Origin: Haliotis cracherodii
Taxonomy: Eukaryota
NCBI RefSeq assembly: GCF_022045235.1
Contig: NW_027266264.1
Coordinates: forward strand, 74,090,001-74,154,000
Length of the DNA stretch: 64,000 nt
Reading direction: 5' to 3'
The translations under genes and the position numbers were made by a program. Below the pieces are notes generated by a model, which was not told where the DNA came from, did not search any database, and was given only the letters and a program-made list of their open reading frames with translations. Shown one piece after another: positions 38,001 through 50,296 of the stretch (positions within the stretch are counted from its first letter, which is position 1; every line of letters starts with the position of its first letter).

Positions 38001-41000
38001 CCATGTAAGGACTTGGCCGACCATTGTACCCTATGGCATGGACCAGCTCCCTTCTGTCCCATGTAAGGTACTTGGCTGACCATTGTACCCTATGACATGG
38101 ACCAGCTCCCTTCTGTCCCATGTAAGGTACTTGGCTGACCATTGTACCCTATGACATGGACCAGCTCCCTTCTGTCCCATGTAAGGACTTGGCTGACCAT
38201 TGTACCCTTTGGTATGGACCAGCTTCCTACTGTCCCATGTAAGGACTTGGCTGACCATTGTACCCTATGGCATGTACCAGCTCCCTACTGTCCCATGTAA
38301 GGACTTGGCTGACCATTGTACCCTATGGCATGGATCTGCTCCCTACTGTCCCATGTAAGGACTTGGCTGACCATTGTACCCTATGGTATGAACCAGCTCC
38401 CTACTGTCCCATGTAAGGACTTGGCTGACCATTGTACCCTATGGCATGGATAATTTGTTCCTCATAGTTTAGTCACTTGTTTGCCTGGCTCCGACTTGAT
38501 TATTTGTAGGCTGGCCCGATAAGGAATTCACGAAGGAAAGAAAAACCAACTGGACACTAAACTCTACCAATGTGGGGGGTAGAGCCTTGGTAATAAGCAT
38601 GTCATTCCATGTGTGTAGCAGTAGTGAATTCAGAAAAAGGTTATCATAATGTATCAGGTTTATTGGGTATCTTTGTCTAGGTTTTTCCTTCGATTAATGC
38701 ATGGAAGTTCTTTGATATTTTGAAACACTTATCTAGCATGCTATTGACAGGTAAATTAGTAACAGGAAAATGACTCAGCCTTCAGCAATTTCATCAACCA
38801 TGAATCTCATTGTTATCTTGCCCATTTTTGATTAGTAGAGGAAGAGAAGGTTGCCATGGCAACACCTTTGACCCCCGCAACTCCAGTGACTCCAGGCCCA
38901 GCAGAAGTGGGAAAGTCTGCAGCAGCTGACACCAGTGTAATGGAGGAGGCGTCACTACAGGAAACGGAGGACGAGGCTATATCAGAGGAGGTGGTCAACT
39001 GCGTGTGTGGCTACGATGAAGAAAACGGGTTGATGATACAGGTACGCGAAGTTTATTCACATGGACGTTTGTGGAGATTTTTCTTCTAAAATTGAAAGGG
39101 ATGTTGTGTTATTTATATATTTGTAAAGCGTTCATCATCCCATACTACCATACTTCAATCCCTCAGGCATGATCGATAGATTTGACGGGAGTGTTAACAG
39201 AGATGCCAAGCTGGCTCATCGGAGACAGTTGTTGGTCTGTCTTGTGGAGCTGAGCCTATTATTTGTAACACTGTGTGGCACCAGTTTCCTCATGTAAATT
39301 TCACAGTTGTAGTCTCTACAGGCTAGGGTATCTGTGGCCCACTCTCCAACTGTGGGATAAATGCATAGTGTGAGATAGGATAAGTTTAAAAAATTGTAAA
39401 TACTTTCAATTGTATATTTACACACAAATCCTACCTCACACGCCATATGCCCACTGCACCAGCCCCACATCACAGCTCCTCTGGCCTGTGAGCTAAGGCA
39501 GGGGTAGTAAGGTGATCAAATCATGGAAGGTCACACTCACAGGATGACGATGCGTTACTCATTTCTTTGGGTGGTGACCATGGTGATGCTGGGATGTGTT
39601 TGGGTGAATTGTTTTTAGAAGCTAGAAACTTTGTTCAAGCACATTTTCCACTTAATATGTCACTTGAGATAGGATAGGTATATAAGGCTTAAAATACTGC
39701 GAGAATTGGTTCTCAGGCGATGACTTTTGAAAATGTAGTGCGGGCGGGTGGGTGGGGTTTTTTTTCGCTTGTTTAAACTGGTATGTAACCAAATAAACAG
39801 TTATGTGCTGTCAACCTTGGAAAGGGTCCCCCTACATAAACAAGTATAAACTCCTTTTGCCGCCATGACCATAACACAAGATGGGCAGTAAAGCAGTGTG
39901 CATGTAAAGGGAAGTAACTGCATGCTATAATGGATCGCATTGTTTTTAAGAATTAGGATTTTTATATATTTTTTGGACAATGGAGAGAAAAAAACGAAAC
40001 ATGCAGAAGACTTGATGATGATGCGGGCGGTGCTTTGAGAACCAAGGCTATTATTTTCTTTAACCTAAATATACAGTTTAATGTAAACTTTACCTTGTTG
40101 TTTTTATTATCATTGCTCAAGAGATGTGTCTGTATGACTGAGCGCCGATGGTAAAGAGTTTCTGTGTGTTCCAGTGTGATGTGTGCCTGTGCTGGCAACA
40201 TGCAAGCTGTTTCAGCATCAAGTATGAGTCCTTGCCATCGAAATACATCTGCTTTGTGTGTGAGAACCCACCAGGTAAGGCACATGGTAAATTATTTTCC
40301 TTCCTCTTTCTGTGTTGTCTTTTCCATAATTCATAGCTTTACAGAAAGAGCTTAAGTTACAAATAGGATCAAGTACACATGACAAGTTTTGTGTTCCTTG
40401 TTTCGTCTTTTGATCATGAATAAACTGAACATGTACAGTATAATTTATGAAACCAGAACTCTGTTCCGTTAAGTATCTTTGTGCTACGAATATGGTTACT
40501 CCTATACTCTATAATTTACTTACAACAGTTTTGTTTGTTTGTTGTTTTACGCCACAATTAGAGTTATATGACGGTGGTCTGTAAATAATCAAGTCTGGAC
40601 CAGACAATTCAGTGATTGACATCATGAGCATTGATTCCTGCAACTGGGATACGACGACATGCATCAATCAAGTCAGCGAGCCTGACCATCTGTACCTCTT
40701 ACGACAAGCACAGCTGCTTTTTACACTTACAACAATGCAATGAGGCCTAGGCACATATGTGTTTATTGAATCCAGACTCTTTAGGAGACGTAAGATCAAC
40801 AGTATGTTTGTTTCCATCAACTAGGAGTTCGTGATAGTCGTCGATATATCCATGACCAGGACTGGTGCAAGACTGGGCATCTGAAAACATTCAGCTTCTT
40901 GGATGTCAAACAGTCTGATGACAACTCGGAAACTGTGAAGGCCACCAACAGCCTCATTGGGGACATCCTCAATGTGAAGTCAGCGCTGCACTCTCTCAAA

Positions 41001-44000
41001 CAGGAGATTCATGTCACAGGGTGAGGACCAACAACATTATTCTGTTCTTGACATGTTCGTGAAGATGGGTCACGCCAATTTGTTTGGACTCATTTCTTGT
41101 GACAGATATGGAAAACGTAAAGACCTTCATGTTCACAGTTATGACCATGTGTTTGTCGTCATGTCCAGATGTAATAGATTGTATACTACTCACCTTTGAT
41201 AAGGATACTTAGAAGTTTCATAATGTTACAAAGCTCAGGGACAACTTATTGAAATCATTTTCCCGAGGCAATGGAGTTAACTGATTTTAACATTCCAGGC
41301 TGGAATTTCTGGGCTTGATCTTAAAGCAACCAGTGGCTATTATGAGTTGTGTCCCTTCTATGTCCCTACTGTGTCCCTACTATTGACCAGTCAGATTCCA
41401 CCTCTCATAATACTTGCATTTGCTTTAAACAAAATGATGGGTCAAAGTCAAGAAGATCTGATCGATAACAAAATCTATATTGTAATAAAACTGGTCTTAC
41501 TTCATGAAGTGCATCAAATCACGTGAGCACCTTGATTAAAAACATGAAAAGATTTGGAAAATTTCTGTTGACAGAATGTTAATGGCACACATGCTTTGCA
41601 AATACTGCAATCGAACGAATTCGTCACGGCAGTTGCCATGTAATTTAAAAACCAGATGACTCATCAGTCCAGCCAAAATATAACTCCTTAACTGCAGCCT
41701 AGTTCGTCAAGGATAGAAACTTGACTTTTAAAGTCAGTTCACTCCCTTGCATCGGGAATATGCATGGAAATGTGTACTTGTGTATATTTTGACTCAGGGA
41801 TAGGTGTACTTGTGTATATTTTGTCTTGGGGAAATGCATACTTACGTATATGTTTACTTAGGGAAATGTGTACTTATGTATCTTTTGACTAAATACGAGG
41901 CTGAAAATACATCAGTTCTGAGGGAACATAATATCCCAATCAAAACTTGAATAGTACGCATTCCTCATAACAATAATGAAAACATTCAGCTTCTTGGATG
42001 TTAAACAGTCGATGACAACTCTGAAACTGTAAAGGCCATCAACAGCCTCATTATTGATCTTTCGGCTAATTGTATGTCATGAAAATTAGCCACGGTAGAA
42101 TATGTTGAATGTTTGAAACTTAATAGCTCTGTATAACTGACAGAATAACACTACTGAACTTTGTCAATGTGAAAGAAATGTTAGTGTGCAATATTATCAA
42201 AATAAATCAATGTAAGGATTATTTGACATAGGTGTTCTTTTTAGGGTAGAGTTGATTTTCCCTAAAGTTTACAATGTTAATTTTGCTGTTTAAAGCAGTG
42301 AAAATCACCCCGAGATGCGCACCTGGAGGCGAGTTTGTGAAGAGAAAAGAAAGAAAGACAGAGTTGCAGCAGCTGCAACGACAACTACAGCTTCATATAC
42401 TACCGAAGCTACAGCAACAACGACAGTGACCCAGTCTGTTACCATGGACCCATTGACCACCAATGCCCCAGCTGTGTCGGAGTCTGAATCGGACAACACG
42501 AAACAAGAAGTTTCAAAGGAGACTCCTGATGAGAGTCAAGATACATCAACTGTTGTAACATTTTCCCTCGATACTGACACTGCTGGAAAGGAGAAGCCTA
42601 ATATTCCAGAGCAGGAAAGTCCTCTGTCAAAGTCCATGGGTTGTCAGGCTTCATTAGATCTATCTGGGAGTAGTCTAGATCGATCAGATGAAAAATCCGT
42701 CGACATATCTATGGCTGACAATGACAGTGATACATCCACCATGACTGCTTCAGAGTCATCTGTAAGCTACATGAGTTGTCTCCCTTCAGGAACGTCTGCT
42801 TCTTTAGCAGATGACAGCCAGATAGTGCCATCTAGTGACAATTTGGACAAATCTGACATAGCCAGTGAAGTAAAAATGGAACACATTAAAGTCAAAGTTG
42901 AGGTAAGCTTAATTTTTATTGTAAACTGGAGGTGTCTTTATCCAACTTCAGTGAAACTCAAACTTCAAAGACAATGAAAAATCAAGATATTCCTGTTTCT
43001 TGGCAAGTAATGTGCCAAAAAATAAGGGTAGCATTCATGAAAAAAAAAAGTTTCTACTGCTCATTGGATCCAGCAAGTGGTGAAACAAACTGTCCTACAA
43101 ACAACTATTACAATGTATTCACACACCACTGTGTGTGTGAATATAGGCTGGACTTGAAATGTGAGAGAGCCTCAATCATTCCACAAGTCACAGACTAAGC
43201 AATCAGCAGTAACGTCATCCTCTTTAAGAATTCTGTTGGAAGACTAAAGTATTTTTGTCTGACAGTAATGTAGAAGTTCATATGAGATATTCATATTTCT
43301 CCTCCATTTTGTTGGTATATATATTTTTTTCTTCTCCTGCATTATATATTGCACATTAGTCTTACAACCCAAGTCCTAACTGGAAATGAATGATGATCTA
43401 TCAGCATCTTCAGTACTCTTTTGCCAAACATGACCTCCATGACCCTCGGATGACACCTGGTGTCAAAAGGCACGCCCCCTATATGTCATTATTTTCTTCT
43501 TCGCTAACTTTGCAGGACGTGAGAGACGAGATCCTACCTGGTCTGTTGATTCTATCCTTTGCTGGTTGAATTTCATACTGTTCTGAACATAGTTGGTGTG
43601 TTATCCATCCATTTTATCTCAGTGGACCAGGTTATTCAGCGTTTTCAATGCATGGAAGTAAAAATATCCATGCCTTCACCTTGGGTCGTGCTTCATGTCG
43701 TGCTTTGTGTTGGCTGCCATTTTTACTTTTGGCTGGAGACACAGATGATTGTCATTGACAGCATGATTCATGTTTGATATGAATGTTTTTCACTTTTGTT
43801 GCATTTATCCTTCATATTACAAGTAATCAAACTTATTTGCTATACAAAATATGCTTTTACTTGCTCATCAATTTTTCACTGTGACGTCACATCGCAGTGC
43901 AAATAGCTAGATTTGAGCAGGCTTTTGTGTCATTTACGGAGTTATCTTTTACTCGAATGTTGCAGATGTTTGCTGCCAAGTGTGGTTTATGTAATTGCAA

Positions 44001-47000
44001 GAAATCGGTGAAGGATCCACATCTCCGCTGCCCGGATCTTTTTACACTGTGTCTTCCGAACCCGAAAGTGACTTCCTCACTTATACCAGAGTCGTCAATG
44101 AGAGGAAACGACAACAGGCTTTTTGCAGAATGTCTGACCACTCATTCGCTTCCTCATCGCCTTGAAAGTCCACCTAAGACATTGTCCAAGTCTACCTTGA
44201 TGTTTGCGCCTCCAGCAGTGATGCCTCAAGAAACAGCGCCTTCAGCAGCAGCACCTTCCAGCAGCACCTTCCACTCATTGGCTTCCTCCTCGCCTTGAAA
44301 GTCCACCTAAGACATCGTCCAAGTCTACCTAGACGTCTGCGCCTCCAGCAGTGATGCCTCAAGAAGCAGCGCCTTCAGCAGCTGCACCTTCCAGTGCACA
44401 GGATGCACCTCCCACTTGGGCTCCGCAATTGATGGATAATTCCAAACTCTGTTAGCTGAGGTGGCAGCAGTTAGATGCAACTACTCACTTTGACAGAGCA
44501 TCCCACCTGTTCGTCGACGCCTCACTCCTGGGATGGGATGCCCACTTCTTGGACCATACAGCCTCAGGGCTGTGGTCTCCAAAACAAAAGCAGTGGCACA
44601 GTAACAACTTGGAACTGGAAGCTGTCATCCTGGCAGTACAGTATTGGGCTCATCAACTGACCAATGCCAAGCTGCTGTTTGCCACGGACAACACAACAGT
44701 TCGTCTGGTTCATCAACAAACAGGGATCGACCCACTTGAGCTCCATTATCTAATAGACAGGATTATACTGGAGACCAGAACGATTCACATCCCTGGGTGC
44801 AGAAATGTCCTGGTCGATGCACGATCAAGGCTGGACCGCCCACCCCCCACAGAGTTAAAGCTGTATCTGGAGTCCTTCCATCCACTGTGCCAGCAGTTTG
44901 GGCAGCCGAACATCGACCTGTTTGCCACAAGACACATCACGCAGTTGTCAACGTTCGTGTCTCCAATGCAAGACCGTCAATGCCCTGGCCTTAGACTGAG
45001 AAGGTCTCAGCACCTACACGTTTCTCCCACCAGCACTGCTCCCTCGGGGAGAGCAGCCCAAGCCATAGCTCAGGCTCTCACACCATCCACCAGTCAACTA
45101 CAGGGGACTGTATAATGGTTGATCAATGGGCCTCCTTTGAGATCTTCTGTTACTCCCACAAATGCAATGGCGCAATTCGTAGCGGATTACATGCTCCACC
45201 TGAGAACAGAGAAACACCTTGAGGGTGGTACTATAGCCATATACCTCTCCGCCATCAATACTGTCTGTGCTTTTGCTCAAGACTGGAAGCTATCCACAAT
45301 ACTGGAGTTGACGGCTATCATAAGGAGTTGCAGGTTGAACTTCTATCCTCCCGCAACGCCCCAATAAACCACTTGACAAGGCCTCTTTCCAGCTCTTGAC
45401 TCAGAAGACTGACTTCCTACTAGCTCTAGCTACGGCAGCCAGTTTTAGCGAGCTACTTGAGCTAAATGTCACTTGAGTCCAGTGGGAACAACACTACAGA
45501 GGTACAGAGGGTCCGTCCATCTTAGCCTGTGCTGGGATTTTATTGCCCGAAAACCAACAGCCTGGCCAACCAGATAGACATTTTACTATGCCACCCATCC
45601 ATTCCATCGTAGGAATGGAGGACCAGGATGCTACATAGAAGCAGCGAGGCCCAGAAGAATGACTAGACGCCACCTGTTCATTACCATCTTTCTGACTTGT
45701 AAAGGAGAGACCTATGATGCAGCAGGATTGGAGCAGGACCAACAACCTGCATGAGATCTGGGCCCTGGCTCACAGCGGAAACTGTTCAGTCGAATCCGTC
45801 ATGCTGGGATGCTTTTGGAGCTCTACCACTGTCTTCTCAAGCCATTACCTCTGGGATGAGTCCCAAGAAGATGTGGATGCGTGCATAATGTTGGACCGTT
45901 CGTAGTCGCCCAGCAGATCACCAACCTCAAGAAACGCTGGTCGACTGCGACGCAGCCTACCCCTACCCCCTTGGTCTAACCATTCCCAGGTTTGAAGAGG
46001 GGAGGAGTGGTAGTAAGCATTTTCAGTTTATCAAAACTCTTGGTTTTAGGTTATCTTTTTACTGGATCGCGATGATAGCCCTGGTCTGGGACTTGGTTAC
46101 CTTTTGGTTAGCCTAGATCTCCTTAGAGTTGTGAAGGTTATGTCTGATTGTTCACATGTGCTACTGTTGCAGGTGTTCACTGCCAAGGGAGTTGTGGAGA
46201 CAAACCATCTCAGGCAAGCCCAACCTACAGGAACACTTTACAAAATGCCATGACATGTAACAGATATCCTAGCACTGTAATGCAGGATAAGTTAAAAATA
46301 TTCCATAATCAGAGTATGATTATGTTTATTTTATATACTTATCCTGCATTACCCAAGGGCCGCCCCGTGACTGATGTCTTCCTTCCCACTGTACCGTCAG
46401 CCCTGAGGGACATTTGAAGACAATAATGGCATAAAGGTGTCTTCCAACACCAGGTGTCACGAGGTCATAGAGATCATGTTGGCCGAAAGAGTTACTGAAG
46501 ATGCTGATAGATTGTCATTCATTTCCCATTAGAACTTCGGTAGTAAGAGCAATGTGTAATGCAGGATAATTATATGAGATAAACATGACTCGCTGATTAT
46601 GGAATATATGTCAATCTGTGACAGCTGCCGGAGTCTGAGAAGGAAGATGCTCTGGATGAGGAAGTTGAGTTTGAGGAGTGTGAGCGTGCCCTCCTGCTGC
46701 ACATTGTCAGGGTCCAGGCCGGGCTTAATGACCGTCTCGACCTGATAGAGGATCAGATAGAAGGTAGGACAATCTCACAAGTAGGGAATACGATGTTTAT
46801 TACCAGGTTAATAAGGATCAGGTTATGAATGAGAGTAGAATAATCTTAGAGTGAGGGAGTTGGGTTTTATGCTGCTCTTTGTAATATTTTATCAATTTTG
46901 TGAAAGAATTGCTGTTGTATTATACAAAACTTAAAGTTTCAGGGCCTTAAGGACACTATCCCACTTAATCTGGTAACCACGTTGTACTCATCATGAATTA

Positions 47001-47277
47001 TTCTAACTTTCTGCCATCTTTGTGATGTGCCCATGCTACAGCACCCAGTGGAAGAGTATGTGTAACAGCAGACATACATGTGAGTTCCTGTGTTTCAGCC
47101 CTCGAGAAGGCAGATTCTTCCCAGCGTGCACCACAGCCATCTTCTCAGCCGAACCAGGCACAGACCACTCCAACACCACCTAAGTCCATCCTGGGGGATG
47201 TACCCATTCTCAAGAAATCTCTTCATTCTCTCATCCGGGACCTAGGCAAGGTGAAGTCCATGGCAGCCTACCATTAA
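23089..47277 (+). CDS. PHF20: PHD finger protein 20 / PHF20L1-like protein, 18 exons, ~998 aa
   Basis: Exons 23089-23124, 25550-25857, 27108-27276, 28310-28391, 29060-29142, 31861-31915, 33770-33826, 35304-35449, 35953-36100, 36317-36463, 36676-36870, 37521-37664, 38836-39041, 40175-40274, 40825-41020, 42296-42902, 46625-46763, 47099-47277. All GT-AG, phases match, total 2997 nt ending in TAA. Tudor 1 ([18 protein letters not shown]...[15 protein letters not shown]), Tudor 2 ([21 protein letters not shown]...VVFYDG), C2H2 ([26 protein letters not shown]), PHD ([28 protein letters not shown]...YICFVC), C-terminal [31 protein letters not shown]. Small middle exons 6-10 are less certain. Confidence 0.92.
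23986..24272 (+). mobile_element. tRNA-derived SINE family C (copies at 3140-3421, 24489-24750, 55932-56057)
   Basis: GGGGCACGGGTGGCC..GTCTAAGG head, GGTTC(G/C)AATCCC B box, shared GATATAACTGGAATACTGTTAAAAGCGGCGTTAAAC 3' end and (CTCA)n tail. Confidence 0.85.
26357..26661. mobile_element. hAT-like MITE
   Basis: CAGGGCTGGGACGATACACC...GGTGTATCGTCCAACTACTA; TSD ATAGAAAC/CTAGAAAT. Confidence 0.65.
26918..27082 (+). mobile_element. tRNA-derived SINE family A
   Basis: A box TAGCCTAGTGG, B box GGTTCGATTCC, tail GATATTGCTGGAATATTGCTAAAAGCGGCGTAAAACC(TCAC)n; TSD CTATCCTGTTGA. Confidence 0.9.
27553..28041. mobile_element. MITE family M1 (Mutator-like)
   Basis: ~90-bp TIRs CAATCTCATTAAA...TTTAATGAGATTG; perfect 10-bp TSD GGAAATCTAC (27543-27552 and 28042-28051). 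Confidence 0.9.
34236..34510 (+). mobile_element. SINE-like family B (no tRNA head; structured 5' end)
   Basis: GACCCGTGAAGATCCGGGGTAGAATA...CTTGTCGTAA(G/T)AGGCGACTAAC...TAGCTGGAATATTGCTGAGTGCGGCGTTAAAC(AAAC)n. Many partial copies, e.g. 40530-40710 -, 50935-51098 +, 55610-55830 -, 62667-62790 +. Confidence 0.85.
34987..35186. repeat. 51-bp minisatellite, ~3.5-4 copies
   Basis: Unit GTAGGTCCCCAGTACCCCATGCTTGTCAAGGTGTGGAGTTTCCAGGACAGA. Confidence 0.9.
37753..38450. repeat. 58-bp minisatellite, ~12 copies, in PHF20 intron 12
   Basis: Unit CCAGCTCCCTACTGTCCCATGTAAGGACTTGGCTGACCATTGTACCCTATGGCATGGA. Confidence 0.95.
43322..46604 (+). mobile_element. Decayed DIRS1-type tyrosine-recombinase retrotransposon in PHF20 intron 16
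   Basis: Inverted terminal repeats (ITRs) at ~43322-43500 and ~46418-46604, internal complementary region at ~46277-46352. Relics of gag-like [12 protein letters not shown], RNase H ([24 protein letters not shown]), methyltransferase-like [11 protein letters not shown] and tyrosine recombinase ([18 protein letters not shown]; [14 protein letters not shown]). RT is largely missing; many stops and frameshifts. Confidence 0.9.
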
Positions 47278-48590
47278 GTACAGGGAGCCCGCTGGTTCGT
47301 CCAGTTCCTCTCACTCAGCACAAGCACCTGTCCTCGTCGTGGCAGTTGATGAAGGAGAAAAAATAAACACTGGCATAACCAGGACGTTGAAAGTATTATT
47401 TGTTACCTGTCACTTAGCAATGTGTGTCTTTGTTGAACATACTTCAGTGCTTTATTATCGAAACTGTTTTCAGTTTAATTTCATCCTCAGCACAAGATGC
47501 TTTGTGACTTTTGTACATAAAATAAATATCAAAACAGTTTGGAGTCATTGCTTCTTTTTCATATGAATCATGGTTTTTTTTGCTTATATGTATATCAACT
47601 CTTCTCAGTACCAGAAGGTATTCACGAGCCATTTCAGAACTTATGTACCTTATCATGAGTTCTCTTCTCCTTATACACTGGGGATTTGGTCAGAATAGGT
47701 GTCTGTAACCATGGTTACCCCATACTTGTCACAAGGTCCTGGTCCTGGCTGGTTGTCACCATGCCACAATAACGTGGATGGGTGCTCATGCTTTCAACCA
47801 CTAGTATTACTGGTCGAGTTATTTACATGTCATTGAACATATGATTGAAATATTGATGACTAGTGTTGAAACCGCATCACTCACTCTTGTGCTAGGTATC
47901 CACTGTGATCAATGATCTCTGGACCATTTCTCTTCAAATTTGGCTTGAATTTTTAATGATCATGAGAAAATTTAATCTAAATAGCTATCTGTATTTTCAA
48001 TCTCTTTGCTGCTAACACTACCATGGAGCTCAACGCACCCTGTAACAGCAACTTTGGTCAGTGCATTTGATTTAATGTTCTGACATGTACATTTAAACAA
48101 GATAATGACACGAACGGAGAGACTAATATTTGCTCAAATGCGAAGCATCTGAAGAGAAAAACACATGCCCTAAGTCATCATTACATAGCTTGCATTGACC
48201 TTTTTTGGTTGTTCCAAGTTAAGTTTTAACCCACTTGGCAGTGTTAGCGTGAAAGTGATTGAATATACAGATAATTTATACGAGACAGAATTTTCACATG
48301 ATCATCAACAATTCTGGCAGTAATGTACCAAGTCTGGTATTTCTAAGTCCCATGACATATTTGAAGAGTGTGGCATGAATAGTGACTAAATTATACAAAC
48401 ACCACAATCCTACATTACCTTCCAGAATATTCAATGTTGAATTAATTAACAAGAAATCAGAATACAGATACAAGCTTTACCTCCTCTACTACTCTCTACT
48501 CGTTCCTGGCTAGAAGGCTGAAGATTTCATCTGGAAGGAGCCAAAACTACTAGCAGCAGATCCATACAGTTGCTACGTTGCTGGGTGTCT

Positions 48591-49196
48591 CAATCTCATT
48601 AGAATCAGATCTAGGTTCTTGCTGCTGCTAAACAAAGATCTGAGGACGCCCCATTAGGAGTCACGTCAGAACGACCTTTCGCGAACTTTGACCGACCACT
48701 GAAATGACTAACAAGAAGTCGACATCCGCCAATTAGAAAGCAGCTTTCTCGAGCTTTACGGCACTCGTTTAAACCTGGCGACTTCCATTTCAGACTACGC
48801 TTGAAAAATATGTTGACACAGTTCTCTATTAAAATTTGGAAAACTGAACAATCGAACATTCCGGAATGCCCAATATATAGTAGAGATTGTATGGCAGTGC
48901 TTCCCACGTACTGTGCAACGCCTCCTCCGTTAAAATGTTTATTCCACGGAAGCGAGAGATAGACGACAATTTTGACGGAATCAGCAGTACGGGCCGTAAC
49001 TGTCGTTCGGAATACCCCGTGTTAACGTTTTCGGGGTTGCATGGTTAGAAAACACATTCCGACTGTCACTTTCACGATCTGGTAAGCGACGCTTTGATTG
49101 GTCGGGTGAAAGGTCGTTCTGACGTGACCCGTAATGGGATGTCCTCGGATCTTTGTTTAGATATAGCGAGAACTAAGATCTGATTTAATGAGATTG
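48591..49196. mobile_element. MITE family M1 copy (longest)
   Basis: Same TIRs; TSD CTGGGTGTCT/CTGGATGTCT. Confidence 0.88.
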
Positions 49197-49620
49197 CTGG
49201 ATGTCTCTATTAGGGAGCATAACATCCTTTCAAGATTTGGCACACAGAGGGAGATTGACATTACACCCTCTCCAGAATTGGATCAATACTTCGAGATCAC
49301 AACCCCTGGACTCACTTATACAGATACCAGGAGATTTAGTTCAGAGCAAAAAAAGATCATGTGAGGAACAGCATTTCCCTTGTGAATAAGACACTCCATC
49401 ATAACCTATTCATGGACGCATCAAACTTATGATGGGGAGCCAATATGGTCAATCTCAAGGTTCAAAGTTTTTAGAAAGCTTCCTGAAAGAATCAATATTC
49501 TACGCCGTCAGGACCTGGAAAGCCGAACTATCTCACTCCTCATAGCTTCGGACAACACCACAGTGGTAGCTTTCATTCACATCCATTCCATTTGCTGCAC
49601 AGAAATCAAGCTGTGGATCC
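49197..49620 (+). mobile_element. DIRS-like RT/RNase H fragment
   Basis: WMSLLGSITSFQDLAHRGRLTLHPLQNW, MDASNL*WGA and SDNTTVVAFI motifs, interrupted by a MITE on the left and a SINE on the right. Confidence 0.7.
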
Positions 49621-49632
49621 TCGAGGCTTGTG

Positions 49633-49794
49633 CGGGTAGCCTAGTGGTTAAAGCGTTCGCTCGTCACGCCGAAGACCCGGGTTCGATTCCCGACATGGGT
49701 ACAATGTGTGAAGCCCATTTCTGGTGTCCCCCGCCGTGATATTGCTGGAATATTGCTAAAAGCGGCGTAAAACCATACTCAGTCAGTCAGTCAG
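49633..49794 (+). mobile_element. SINE family A, (TCAG)n tail variant
   Basis: Near-consensus body; TSD TCGAGGCTTGTG. Confidence 0.9.
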
Positions 49795-50131
49795 TCGAGG
49801 CTTGTGGATATATGTTGCCCTTACGTGTTTGACATATTGACGCTACATCCTTGTCTATTTAAAAATATGTTTTTTTCTAATAATCTCTTAAAATACATCC
49901 TAAAATAGATGAACTATTATGACTCTCCCTTTCCATGGTTTTGTTTTCACCCTAGTGTTGTCCATATTGGTAAAAAAAACCATCCGAATTTGCAGCAAAC
50001 CTTTGTGCTAATTCTAGGAAGCCACTGTGCTTGCTAGTATCCTAAATCACTTGAAAGTGTGTCTTGTGTTTAATTCATTCGACAATTGTACCTTCGATCT
50101 GTCTACATGACGGTTTGTGTACTCCCAGTGC

Positions 50132-50296
50132 GGTGGGGTAGTCTAGTGGTTAAATCGTTCGCTCGTCACGCCGAAGACCCGGGTTCGATTCCCCACATAG
50201 GTACGATTTGTGAAGCCCATTTCTGGTGTCCCCTGTCGTGATATTGCTGGAATATTGCAAGAAGCGGCCTAAAACCATACTCACCCACTTACTTTA
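50132..50296 (+). mobile_element. SINE family A (more copies at ~2951-3125 -, ~36945-37095 +, ~63585-63752 +)
   Basis: TSD TACTCCCAGTGC. Confidence 0.88.

Noticed and set aside
37753-38450. CRISPR-like regular array and the repetitive ORFs across it
   Set aside because: The units are contiguous near-identical 58-mers with no unique spacers and no cas genes; an intronic minisatellite in a eukaryote.
44880-44970. Stand-alone DNA adenine methyltransferase motif (PNIDLFAT) suggesting horizontal transfer
   Set aside because: A methyltransferase-like domain after RNase H is a known part of DIRS1 elements, and here it is truncated.
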